From: a virus
Lineage: Duplodnaviria > Caudoviricetes
DNA length: 46,882 bases
Virus record (IMG/VR): IMGVR_UViG_3300031890_000017
Location: 1-46,882 of that record
Reading direction: 5' to 3' (one strand)
Shown piece by piece: positions 26,425-36,220 of the stretch (position 1 is its first letter; every line of letters starts with the position of its first letter). The notes below the pieces were generated by a model. It worked only from the letters and a program-made list of their open reading frames with translations, did not search any database and was not told where the DNA came from. Both the position numbers and the translations under genes were made by a program.

Positions 26425-26715
26425 TCACTTTCTAAAAACGGGGCAAATGCCCTATAGAGTTTTACTTTATTTTTATGTATGCTTTCTTTGGTGGGCAGAC
26501 TAAGAAAAATCTGACACCCGTCTTGCGTAGATCGTGAGACGGGTGCTTGCACATTTGACAACCAAAAAATGGGCAGACGACCAATTACCCCCTACCCCGA
26601 CTGGTGTCCTCTCATCGTGTTTTTACTTTTTCTGTTCTGCGCACTTGGAACATACACATTGGTCAAACTTGTAACGCGCCCCGTTCATTCCTCCTGGCGC
26701 AAAACTTATATGCCC

Positions 26716-26760
26716 CTACTATAAACATATAAGTTTCAACCGTATTTTTATGCACGACTT
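26716..26760 (-). promoter_or_regulatory. phage promoter motif, copy 4
   Basis: AAGTCGTGCATAAAA-N12-CTTATATGTTTATAGTAG. Confidence 0.8.
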
Positions 26761-26996
26761 TTAGGCGACCAATACACCAGCACAAAATCTTTCCTCTCCG
26801 CACTCCCGCCCAGCACCGTATAGCCATACCCGCGAAAGTGCGTAGATAGATCATACAGGTCGTAGCTCGGCAGCGTCAGCACAAAAGTCTGTGATAAATC
26901 TATATTTTGCTCGCGGCTCGCAATACACAATGCAATGAGTCGTTTATACGTATCAAAATTGCGAGGCGGCTTGAGTAGAAAATCATACATGAGCAT
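26748..26996 (-). CDS. hypothetical protein (82 aa)
   Basis: ORF on the coding strand. Confidence 0.5.
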   Translation of the reverse strand: MLMYDFLLKPPRNFDTYKRLIALCIASREQNIDLSQTFVLTLPSYDLYDLSTHFRGYGYTVLGGSAERKDFVLVYWSPKSRA

Positions 26997-27057
26997 GACG
27001 CTCTACCCTTTCTGCCCACCATGTTTATAGTCCTCTACCCAACCGTTATACAAAATA

Positions 27058-27129
27058 TGCGGGGTCTGTGTGGAGCATGTCTGTGGTATTGTCCCACCTG
27101 CACGGGCATGTCTCTACACAGACCCCGTA
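27058..27129. terminator. long hairpin after the tail module (terminator or small RNA)
   Basis: GGGGTCTGTGTGGAG/CTCTACACAGACCCC plus CATGTCTGTG/CACGGGCATG. Confidence 0.5.
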
Positions 27130-27131
27130 CT

Positions 27132-27320
27132 TTAATGCGGGAAGCGTAAAGCCAACATCAGTCCCGTGCCTAGTATAAGCACCGTTAACAGTTCTACACA
27201 TATGACCACCATGCTAATGAGTACAGGCAATCCCAGGATGAGCATACATAGACTGCCCAGCGCAACAATGATATAGTCACGCTTACGCCACGTTAAGTCT
27301 ACCTGACGCTCTACGCGCAT
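27132..27320 (-). CDS. small membrane protein (holin-like candidate)
   Basis: about 42 consecutive mostly hydrophobic residues (1-2 TM segments); AGGAG SD; at the end of the tail module. Confidence 0.55.
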   Translation of the reverse strand: MRVERQVDLTWRKRDYIIVALGSLCMLILGLPVLISMVVICVELLTVLILGTGLMLALRFPH

Positions 27321-27654
27321 AACTTGAAACTCCTACCCAGTCATTGATCTGCAACGGCACTTTCAACGTTGTTGTCGCCTTCGCCCCATTAATAAACAAT
27401 TCGCACCACACAGCCCACAACCCAGGCATATTCGTATCATCCACATGCCACCAATACGTAAACAACGCCTGTCCATAGTCAGTGATCTGCACTACTCCTG
27501 CACCCAGCTTATGCACCTCCTGGCTATCCAACCACAGATGCACCACAATCTTGTTCGTGTCGGTCGCATTGAGTGTATACGGCTGTGTTCCACGGCTGAT
27601 CTGTCCCTTCATTTCAGGCCGCGTATCATATACATTCATGGGGCCAAGTGTCAT
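27283..27654 (-). CDS. small Ig-like/BppU-N-like structural protein
   Basis: all-beta pattern with DTRP…Y.W…DT..PG.W; ATGA-coupled to the giant gene. Confidence 0.55.
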   Translation of the reverse strand: MTLGPMNVYDTRPEMKGQISRGTQPYTLNATDTNKIVVHLWLDSQEVHKLGAGVVQITDYGQALFTYWWHVDDTNMPGLWAVWCELFINGAKATTTLKVPLQINDWVGVSSYARRASGRLNVA

Positions 27655-30600
27655 GGCTCTACTCCTATCACTTTGAAATCAACGCTATTATCGCTTGTCA
27701 CCAGGTTGACTGTATTATCCGTCACTTTGTACTCTACACTATTGTCAGGCACCTGCAACAGTGCTGTTTGCCCAGGTACAGCAAACTCCGCACTATTGTC
27801 GGCGAGCAGGAACTTCGCGTCAACATACCCAACCACAAGCACCATTCTACCCGTCGCTGTGTAGACTTTCGGGTAGACAAACTTTAGACGCCCTTTGCTG
27901 TTACGCAGGAGCCTGCTGGCAAAGCTCATATACCCATAGGCGTTCTTGACCGTACGACCGCGCACAACCATTCTACCCACACCCCGCCTACGCATGAGTA
28001 GAGCCAATCTGAGTCTACCCATCCCGCGTCTACGCACCTGCACGACCAGCTTCACTCTACCCACACCAGAGCGAATGAGCAATACCACAATTTTTATGCG
28101 GCCAAGTGAGCGTTTCCTTTGCTGCCCAGCAAGCCGTAAACGTCCAGACGCATGTATACGTGTCTGTAGCGACACAGACACCCGCCCAACTGCGTTCTTA
28201 AGAGTAGTGATACGCTGAACGATCTTCAAACGTCCTGACGCGTTCAGCGTCGAACCATGCTGAAGTGCGAATTTCAACCGCCCGACACCATGCATCACCT
28301 TCAGCGAATTGACATTGAGCAAACCCAGGACATTAAACACTCGTCTGTTCGCAAACGCCATTCTGCCACTTGCCCGATACTTGCTCAGAATACCGAGCTT
28401 CACTCTACCCATAGAATTTTTTATGACGCGGGTGACAAATTTTAGTCTACCCAGGCTATTTCTTGAGACGGCTGGCAAAATTAATTTTAGTCTACCCATG
28501 CCATGTCGCTCGATCTTGACACCCAGGCGTAGATGGCCGATACCATTTCTGGTTGCCGTCCACACATACTTCATTCTACCCAGGCCATTTCGCGTAGAAC
28601 GAATACCGACAACTACTCTACTCATGCCAGAGCGAGTAGATGTATAGACGTACTTCAACCTACCCAACCCATTACGTGTAGAAAAATACGACGACATCCC
28701 AAACTGCATCCGCCCTTTTGCGTTACGCAGCGATATTCCACGCACGTTCATTCTACCCAAACCGTTGCGCACAGACCTCACACCCAGGTATACTCTCCCC
28801 AACCCATTTCTTATAGTACGACCGTAGAATTTTACTCTACCCATGCCGTTTCGATGCGTGATTATACTTACGCGAATACGCCCAGCCGAGTTCTTAGTAG
28901 ACTGATAGACATAGTTCAATCTACCCACCGAATTTCGCCGAGCCACGATACTCAGTATCACTCTACCCATACCACTTTTAAGCGTCTGCACAGCAAACTT
29001 TAGTCTACCCAACCCGTTTCTTATGACCAGTAGTGATAGAATGAAACGCCCCATGCCCTCTAGCACATCCCGCACCGCCATGTTTAAGCGAGCCGCCGCG
29101 TTGCGTGTCGTCACATGGCCTACAAAAAATCCCAGGCGACCTGCTGCGTTGCGTTTTGCGAGCATCCCAGGCGGGCCAATGATAAAATTATCGTAGGTGG
29201 CAGTATCCGTCAACGTTGTTGCATAATGCTGTACGCCACACATACCACCAGCAGCATACGTGCTATCTGTGACGACAATATGCCACCCTGAAGGCGGCGT
29301 TGTTCCTGCTTGCCACACAGCCGCGCGGATAGTATTCCCCTGACAAGAGAGCATCACGGTATACGTATTCGCAACGCTAAAGCCAGGAATAGTGTACGTG
29401 CTTCCTAAATATGCACCAGGCGTAGCAAGACGCAATGTACCCGCGCTACCGATTGTCGCACGATAGTACCCGCTATAAATCTGATATCTGGCAACCACCC
29501 CGCATAGGTTCGTATTCGCCTGTATCTTGATGTCTGCCTGAACACCGATATCGGCTGGATGCATTTCTTGCCCAAGAATAGCAATCTGATGCCCAGCATC
29601 TACCGTGCTACCTTTACTTAGCTGCCCAAGATTGCCATTAATGGAATAGTCACAGTTCAGCGAACCCAGGCTATCATTATTGATTGCCTTCGTAAATATC
29701 CAACGTCGATTTTCAAAGTTATAGCCCCAACCATGCTGGTTCGTGCGCTGAAAATAATCCATCGTTGGCAGCACCGTCTTGTCGTAGCCCACATCCATGA
29801 TTGAAAAATAGGCGATAATCGGGTTCGACGGGATAGGCGGCGTTTGCCCAGGATAGAATAAGATGCCATACGGGTCGTTGCCACCATTTAACGGTAAGCT
29901 GCTATCGGTATAATCTATTTGCCAACCAGCAGGTTCCGTTGTGCCGACAGGCCAGATGTTCGCCTGTAGCCTGATATTCGTAGTGCCAGAGATGACAAAG
30001 CGTACCCAATAAAAATTGGCTGCATTATAACTTGCGACATTGTAGGTTGCAAGATTGCCGAGTACGCTCCCATTCCATCCATCGTGCGCGTTGATCTTGC
30101 CAAGTGATGCTGCGCCAGTGCCATTGAGAACAACACGATAGTAGTTCTGCGCCATACCAGCAGAGTTCAAGTTCGGATAGTACTGCATCCGACACACAAT
30201 GCCGACCTGTGCATTGGCATAGGATGACTTGACTGCCATCAAGAACTGCATACGATCTTTGGTCTGTGGGCTAGTCCCTGCTGCGTTGTAGTTTAATAGA
30301 TAGCCCTCACCATTAAAATTCGCAGTATTCCCAGTCAACGCACCCTGCTGACTAATCACCTGACTATTCAGTGCCATTGGCATACCATTGACCCCAGTGC
30401 CAGAGTTACTATGCCGTATCCAGTTAAAATCTGGCGTTCCACCACCACTATCATTGGCACCACCGCCCCAGCCATTGACATCGTTTGGCCGCGCCCAGGC
30501 GTCATAGCTAATGACGGTGCCGTTATTTATCAGGCGCAAGCGACCCAGCGCGTTGCCTAGATGCGTAAAGATCAGTCCAAACTTCATACGCCCGACCACG

Positions 30601-33600
30601 TTGCGCACAGATAGGATACTCAGGATAGTCCGACCCATGCTGTTTCTAAGCACTGGCACAGCCAGAGTCATACGACCCGTGCCATTCCATATGCTCGACG
30701 TGATGTACTTGAAACGGCCTATGGCATTGCGCACAACCCTGACAGCAACGTTTTCCCTACCCACTGCGTTGCTGCGACTCACCACACCCAGGCGTAAGCG
30801 ACCCATCGGGTTTCTAAGAGCGACAATACCCAGGCGAAGCCTCCCCAGGCCGTTTCGCACTGTTCGCCCTCGTACAATGATGCGACCCAGGCCATTTCGA
30901 GTGACCTGCGGAAAAAATTTTAAGCGACCAACGCCGTTTTTAACTGTCTGACCAAAAAATTTTACTCTGCCCAGGCCATTGCGCACCTGTCTCACGCCAA
31001 AGCGTAAATGACCCATTGCGTTTCGAGTGACTTGTGGAAAAAATTTTAACCTACCGACAGCATTTTTTACATTCCTGACGACATAGTTTATTCTGCCCCG
31101 TCCATTCAGCACAGTCCTGACGCTGATCGTCACGCGAGCCATGCCATTGCGCAAAGCCACCACACCCAGGCGCAGCCGACCCAGGCCATTCTTCACGGTT
31201 CTGGTGACATACTTCATGCGGCCTAGCGCGTTGTAGATCGTCCTGACGCCCAGGCGAAATCGTCCCATGCCATTTCTAAGGACGATCAGGCCCAGGATTA
31301 AGCGAGCCAGGGCATTTCTTTGAACCTGTATACCAACGTTCAAACGACCTATAGCGTTACCAGTATGCAAACCACCACCCATGCCATAGATCAGGCGACC
31401 AGTCGCATTGCGAGTTGCCGCCACAGGCGCATAGAGTGCTGCATCGTAGTGGTAGGCATTATCAACGCTCATACTGACAGAAGTAGCTACACCAGGATAG
31501 AAATAGTACCCTTGAGCACCTGATGTAAAACTACTATCTGCTACAGCAACGTTATAAGCGTCTGGCTCTGCTGTTCCTGCTTGCCACACTCGACCGTAGA
31601 GGACGCCGTTATAGATAGTGCCACGCAATGTGTAGGTATTGGCGATATTAAATGACGGAATAGTATAAGTCGGGCCAAGAAACGAGCTGCTCCCTGTAAC
31701 AGTCTTTTGCCATTGCAAGACGCCAGAGCTAGAAATAACAAGTCTGTAGTGGTTATTGGCATCGGTATAGCACAGAACAATGCCGCCAGAAGATGATGCA
31801 GAGGAAAACTTTACATCACCTACAAACGAACTATTATTTGGCAACCCCGTAGGCGTACGGTACATAAAATAGGAGCCACCAGCCGTTGTGGTGATAGCTG
31901 CAACACCATTTGTCACAGAATAATAGCTGAGTGTGCCAGTGACGCCCCAGTTGTTAGAAGACGGGGTAACACCCCATCCACTTGTGAAATTTGCCCGTTG
32001 CCATTCATCAAAATCATAGAGGCCAGACGCAAGGCGTAAGTGATTTTGTATCTGTGCCTGTGTAAGTGCTATGGGATAAAAGGCTATCTCTTCATCGTAG
32101 TGATTTGAATAATCGTTTGTACCTGATGGTTCTTTCATCAGGGTAACAGGATAGATAGAATACCCAACCGTACCAACCAGTGCCGTTGTCTGCATCAAGA
32201 GGCCATTGACATACAGCCTGACATTGCTTCCATCAAAGGTGCCTACAATGTGATACCACTTGCCGAGTGTAAGTGAAAGCACTGTAGATGCGCCTGGGTT
32301 CCACGCAGCACGTCCGTAGGTTGTGCCATTGCCCACGTCAAAAGTAAAGGTTGCATTTGGCGTATTCTGGACATACAACTGGTAGCCAACATTATTACCA
32401 CGCGGCGCACTGGTTGCAAGGATAGTTTCATAATTGCCTGAGACAGTGTTTACAAACTTGAAAAACGCTTCGACGCTAAAAGCAGAAGCACGATTATAAT
32501 TGAGCGTAGAGGGAACTTGAATGTAGGTATTGGCATTTTTCTGACCATACGCCGCGCCCTTTGGATAATCACGGATAAGAGATGTATCCTGTACCCAGTT
32601 CACACCAGACGCTACATAGCCATCGTTGCCATGTCCTGTGTAGTCATGAGCTATAGAGCCGCTTCCTTCATTGACACGATAGTAGGCATCAGCACCGTCA
32701 GCGAGTACGGTTGCTTCATACTGGCCTACAAACTTCAAACGTCCTATAGCTTGAAGCTTCGTATTTCCAGGGGATGGATGCCCAGAAACAGCGAGGTTCA
32801 TGCGGCCAGGAGCTTTATACTCAGTCGGGCCAGCGTCATAAACCTTAAAGTTATCAAGCGTGATCGTGCCAGTACCGTTATAGCAAATGATGCCAGCCTG
32901 CCCCGCGCCCACAATGCCCGTATCGGTTGCTTGTAACTGGTAACTGGTCGGCTCTGCTGTGCCTGTCTGCCATGCTTTCCCCAGGATAACTGACCCTACA
33001 CACGACAGCTTCACCGTATACGTATTAGCAATAGAATATCCTGGAAGCGTTAATGAGTTGCCAATAAACGCAGCAGCACCAGCTACGCTCTTTGAGAGAC
33101 GAAATAAACCAACCCCACTAAGTGTTGCCCGATACCAGGTATTCGTAGCCTGGCGTCTCGCTGCTACACCATGTTCCTGTGTAGACGCCCCAACATGCCC
33201 TTCAACCTGCACAGACACATTCTGGTTCGGAAACGTCAGCGCATCCATCATGTGCCATTCTTGGGATGCGACACCTGCGGCTGTGGCCTGGTTCGAGGTT
33301 ATTGAAACTGTCCACGTATTCGTGTCCTGCGTCCACGTGCCACCTTTTTTTGTCGTCCCCCAACTCGATGCGTTCGCTCGATTAAAGTCGTCCCAATCAT
33401 TGACCTCATAGATACGCCCCACCGCATTGCGCTTTTGTAAGAGGCTCTGCGTCACCCATCCCACTGTCCAGGGCGTAGCTGTACCTGTTGTATAGACAAC
33501 TCCGAGCGTCCCCGTGATAAGGTCAAAGCCACCATTCGCATTCACATTGTTAGCACCTGATGCAACAAGTTGCGTGGTCGCAGTATCCCACACCCCATTC

Positions 33601-34532
33601 TGATAGCCCTTAAACACCAGCGCATAGGAATTTGCAGCCGCATAACTTGACCACACGACAATACATTCGCCAGCAAGCGTTGGAATAACGTCAGGGTTCG
33701 TGTCATTCGCCCCTGCTGAAAGGGCTGTAGCAGTAGACCACGTATCAGTGCTGGCAGTATAAATCTGCGCGTAGATACCTGATGCTGTGGTATAGATTAA
33801 GCAACCAAGACCATTTCCAATGTGCTTAAAGGCAAAGTTGCTAGTAACGGTAACGGGTTGCGTGTTAGCTACTGCTGATGCGCCGCCCCATCCTGCCATT
33901 GTTGCTACTGATGCATCGTTGCGTCTGTAGCTAAATCCTGTCGTGCCATTCCAGAAGACTTCCATCGCATAGTTGGCAACTAACCCACCAGCAGGACTAT
34001 TGATATCGGCAGTTTGGGCTGCGCCAGTGATGCTCCTTGTCCATGCACCTGACGGATTGTTAGTAGGTGAGTACCATGCGTTGCGTTGTATGTAGGTAGA
34101 TGCACCGCCAGCAAAGACCCAATGTCGTCCAAGAGGGTCTTGTCCTGCATAGTTTGCAACGTTGCCAACAGCACTTGTTAAACAGTTGTTACTACCATCA
34201 ATGAGGACTGGTGTACCAAGTGTCCATGCAGAACCGCCAGCAGGGTTAGAGGTACGAGTAAACGGGTAGTATTGCGGTTTGGCTGTAGATGCGGTGCCTG
34301 TAACAACGTTAATGTTGCCATTGGCATCCATATAGCCAGCCAGTGCCATTTGCTGACCTGTAACAATAGTGATATTTGTCCAGGTGGAATAGGGAGCGGC
34401 ACTATAGCTAAAGAGTTGATTACTACCATTCGACCATAAGACAGCCGCCGTGCCGTCTTGCCATATAAAGACGGTCTGTCCTGTCTGTTGCCGCGTTGCA
34501 TATGAGGCTGTAGATGTGCCAAGATTAGCCAT
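27651..34532 (-). CDS. giant modular virion/fiber protein (2293 aa): propeller-like N-terminus, LamG/ConA-like domains, 14-aa basic repeat blocks
   Basis: LamG motif FSVEAF…WYHIVGTFDG…LYVNG…EEIAFY..AL; four D.(F/W).R.N…WG beta-sandwich modules; two repeat blocks. Confidence 0.8.
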   Translation of the reverse strand: MANLGTSTASYATRQQTGQTVFIWQDGTAAVLWSNGSNQLFSYSAAPYSTWTNITIVTGQQMALAGYMDANGNINVVTGTASTAKPQYYPFTRTSNPAGGSAWTLGTPVLIDGSNNCLTSAVGNVANYAGQDPLGRHWVFAGGASTYIQRNAWYSPTNNPSGAWTRSITGAAQTADINSPAGGLVANYAMEVFWNGTTGFSYRRNDASVATMAGWGGASAVANTQPVTVTSNFAFKHIGNGLGCLIYTTASGIYAQIYTASTDTWSTATALSAGANDTNPDVIPTLAGECIVVWSSYAAANSYALVFKGYQNGVWDTATTQLVASGANNVNANGGFDLITGTLGVVYTTGTATPWTVGWVTQSLLQKRNAVGRIYEVNDWDDFNRANASSWGTTKKGGTWTQDTNTWTVSITSNQATAAGVASQEWHMMDALTFPNQNVSVQVEGHVGASTQEHGVAARRQATNTWYRATLSGVGLFRLSKSVAGAAAFIGNSLTLPGYSIANTYTVKLSCVGSVILGKAWQTGTAEPTSYQLQATDTGIVGAGQAGIICYNGTGTITLDNFKVYDAGPTEYKAPGRMNLAVSGHPSPGNTKLQAIGRLKFVGQYEATVLADGADAYYRVNEGSGSIAHDYTGHGNDGYVASGVNWVQDTSLIRDYPKGAAYGQKNANTYIQVPSTLNYNRASAFSVEAFFKFVNTVSGNYETILATSAPRGNNVGYQLYVQNTPNATFTFDVGNGTTYGRAAWNPGASTVLSLTLGKWYHIVGTFDGSNVRLYVNGLLMQTTALVGTVGYSIYPVTLMKEPSGTNDYSNHYDEEIAFYPIALTQAQIQNHLRLASGLYDFDEWQRANFTSGWGVTPSSNNWGVTGTLSYYSVTNGVAAITTTAGGSYFMYRTPTGLPNNSSFVGDVKFSSASSSGGIVLCYTDANNHYRLVISSSGVLQWQKTVTGSSSFLGPTYTIPSFNIANTYTLRGTIYNGVLYGRVWQAGTAEPDAYNVAVADSSFTSGAQGYYFYPGVATSVSMSVDNAYHYDAALYAPVAATRNATGRLIYGMGGGLHTGNAIGRLNVGIQVQRNALARLILGLIVLRNGMGRFRLGVRTIYNALGRMKYVTRTVKNGLGRLRLGVVALRNGMARVTISVRTVLNGRGRINYVVRNVKNAVGRLKFFPQVTRNAMGHLRFGVRQVRNGLGRVKFFGQTVKNGVGRLKFFPQVTRNGLGRIIVRGRTVRNGLGRLRLGIVALRNPMGRLRLGVVSRSNAVGRENVAVRVVRNAIGRFKYITSSIWNGTGRMTLAVPVLRNSMGRTILSILSVRNVVGRMKFGLIFTHLGNALGRLRLINNGTVISYDAWARPNDVNGWGGGANDSGGGTPDFNWIRHSNSGTGVNGMPMALNSQVISQQGALTGNTANFNGEGYLLNYNAAGTSPQTKDRMQFLMAVKSSYANAQVGIVCRMQYYPNLNSAGMAQNYYRVVLNGTGAASLGKINAHDGWNGSVLGNLATYNVASYNAANFYWVRFVISGTTNIRLQANIWPVGTTEPAGWQIDYTDSSLPLNGGNDPYGILFYPGQTPPIPSNPIIAYFSIMDVGYDKTVLPTMDYFQRTNQHGWGYNFENRRWIFTKAINNDSLGSLNCDYSINGNLGQLSKGSTVDAGHQIAILGQEMHPADIGVQADIKIQANTNLCGVVARYQIYSGYYRATIGSAGTLRLATPGAYLGSTYTIPGFSVANTYTVMLSCQGNTIRAAVWQAGTTPPSGWHIVVTDSTYAAGGMCGVQHYATTLTDTATYDNFIIGPPGMLAKRNAAGRLGFFVGHVTTRNAAARLNMAVRDVLEGMGRFILSLLVIRNGLGRLKFAVQTLKSGMGRVILSIVARRNSVGRLNYVYQSTKNSAGRIRVSIITHRNGMGRVKFYGRTIRNGLGRVYLGVRSVRNGLGRMNVRGISLRNAKGRMQFGMSSYFSTRNGLGRLKYVYTSTRSGMSRVVVGIRSTRNGLGRMKYVWTATRNGIGHLRLGVKIERHGMGRLKLILPAVSRNSLGRLKFVTRVIKNSMGRVKLGILSKYRASGRMAFANRRVFNVLGLLNVNSLKVMHGVGRLKFALQHGSTLNASGRLKIVQRITTLKNAVGRVSVSLQTRIHASGRLRLAGQQRKRSLGRIKIVVLLIRSGVGRVKLVVQVRRRGMGRLRLALLMRRRGVGRMVVRGRTVKNAYGYMSFASRLLRNSKGRLKFVYPKVYTATGRMVLVVGYVDAKFLLADNSAEFAVPGQTALLQVPDNSVEYKVTDNTVNLVTSDNSVDFKVIGVEP
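27830..29160 (-). repeat. ~31 degenerate 14-aa repeats (R/K-N-G/A/S-x-G-R-hydrophobic…)
   Basis: counted by eye in the translation, e.g. RNGLGRLKFAVQTL KSGMGRVILSIVAR. Confidence 0.9.
30525..31416 (-). repeat. ~21 degenerate 14-aa repeats of the same family
   Basis: e.g. RNGMGRFRLGVRTI YNALGRMKYVTRTV. Confidence 0.9.
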
Positions 34533-34547
34533 AGGCTGCCTCTCTTC

Positions 34548-35087
34548 TTATAGGCGCAGCCCTATGACCTCTTTATGTAACATACCAGGGCCAGCAACTC
34601 TGGCCGTCCATGATTGAAAATTATTGACATTCGTCAAATGCGGGTTCGTCATCTTTTTTTCAAAGTCGTCCCACACATAACAAATGCATGTCCCATCTTC
34701 ACGATTAATGACCTTGCCAATAATCTTATGATCGGCTCGCTCAAACTGGGTCATGTTCGTGATATTAAAATGAAACGCTGTTCCCGCGTCATCTTTTGTG
34801 AACCGTAGTACACCCGTCGAACCTTGCGGCGCAAGTGGCGTCCGAGGGCAAAAGAGCCACAATTCTTCGATGCGTAAAATATCGCCTGTCGTGATTAAAT
34901 CCAGCGTCCAGTCAAAGGTATTCTTACGCTGCCTGTTCATAAACGGCACCAGCGAGGACAGTTCAAATTGCTTGTTGTCAACTTCAGAGAGCCATTGCTC
35001 AGGCTCACGCAGCTTCACCGCCCAATAGGGAAAGTCAAAAAATTTCCCGATATGTGAGCCATTCATACTTGCAATAAAATTTGGCAT
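34548..35087 (-). CDS. hypothetical protein in the tail module
   Basis: AGGA SD, tight gene packing. Confidence 0.65.
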   Translation of the reverse strand: MPNFIASMNGSHIGKFFDFPYWAVKLREPEQWLSEVDNKQFELSSLVPFMNRQRKNTFDWTLDLITTGDILRIEELWLFCPRTPLAPQGSTGVLRFTKDDAGTAFHFNITNMTQFERADHKIIGKVINREDGTCICYVWDDFEKKMTNPHLTNVNNFQSWTARVAGPGMLHKEVIGLRL

Positions 35088-35089
35088 AC

Positions 35090-35338
35090 CTAATCCTGTT
35101 GCGTATATTCATGGATAGTCCCATCTTCATCAACATGCACAGAAAATGGCGTACCCACGTGTGTCTTTAGATAGTCCGTCATTGCCCACAGTGCTGCTTC
35201 AGAGACAATCACTGGTTCATTCTGCCCTTGAATAAGGTAGCATTCACGTGCGACATCATCCAGCCATAGCGCAATGTCAGACTCGCGTAAATATGCAATC
35301 TGACGCAGCATATGCATCACATTCTTTCTATCTTGCAT
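35090..35338 (-). CDS. hypothetical protein (82 aa)
   Basis: ORF on the coding strand. Confidence 0.55.
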   Translation of the reverse strand: MQDRKNVMHMLRQIAYLRESDIALWLDDVARECYLIQGQNEPVIVSEAALWAMTDYLKTHVGTPFSVHVDEDGTIHEYTQQD

Positions 35339-35412
35339 ACAGAGTAGTGAGGGACGTTTCTTTGTTAGGCACAGGGCAAAGAGTAGCTGGCAACTCCGTC
35401 CCTCATTTCACG

Positions 35413-36171
35413 TCATGTCCAGGTATACTGCAACGTCAGGGGGCAGAAAATCATATTGCCCGTTTGCATGTTCGGCCCCACATACATGATTAATGCCCAG
35501 TACCAGTAGAACGCAGTCAGCACCTTCGGCGTGGCCGTTCCCTGGGCGTATTGTATCCACCCTTGAAACGACTGCCAGTTCGTCAACCATGCAGCAGCAC
35601 CAGCCGTTACCGCACCTGCTGCCCCTGACGTAGCTGACGGTGTGCCACCAAACGCACCCGTCACCGTTGCTGGTGTTTCCTGCGCACCTGCTGCTGGAAA
35701 GCCACAGCCAAATACCTGACCCTTCAAGTAGCTAGTGTTGCTGGTATCAACAGTTTGCCCATTCACAATATTCTGCCCATTCGTGCTATTGGCAACCTGT
35801 GTCCCAGGAACAGGCGTGGTATCCGCCGTGTCCTGAAATGCTGACACCTGCATTTGCGAAGCTGGTGAGCCTGTAGCATCAAAACTGAAGCGACCCTGTT
35901 GCGGGTGCGTGTTATCCCCCGCGTAGTTCATCTTCACGCACACAGCATCACCAGTGCAAGCCCACAACTCACCTACGGTCTGTACTGAAGCTGGTTTAAT
36001 CACATTCGGCCAGGCTGCTGACGCGATTGCAGCACCACCTAAACCTGTGGATGCCCACCGCCACTCATTCGCTCCACCTGAACCACCAAACGCAATTGTT
36101 GTCGTCCATGTCACAGATGCGTCGGTGCCTGAATTTCCTTGCATCGTGGGCGCAGTCGTATAATCTACCAC
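35413..36171 (-). CDS. putative structural protein (G/A/T-rich, beta-rich)
   Basis: virion-protein-like composition; AGGA SD; located in the tail module. Confidence 0.65.
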   Translation of the reverse strand: MVDYTTAPTMQGNSGTDASVTWTTTIAFGGSGGANEWRWASTGLGGAAIASAAWPNVIKPASVQTVGELWACTGDAVCVKMNYAGDNTHPQQGRFSFDATGSPASQMQVSAFQDTADTTPVPGTQVANSTNGQNIVNGQTVDTSNTSYLKGQVFGCGFPAAGAQETPATVTGAFGGTPSATSGAAGAVTAGAAAWLTNWQSFQGWIQYAQGTATPKVLTAFYWYWALIMYVGPNMQTGNMIFCPLTLQYTWT

Positions 36172-36220
36172 AAGATTATCCTGTTCTGTCCCACCTGATA
36201 ACTGTTATCCTAAGTATACC

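Noticed and set aside
27830-31416. DNA tandem repeat array or diversity-generating retroelement
   Set aside because: The repeats are conserved only at the protein level, and no reverse transcriptase or template/variable repeat pair was seen
35348-35405. Hammerhead ribozyme (three stems, GAAAC)
   Set aside because: The CUGANGA core is absent on both strands
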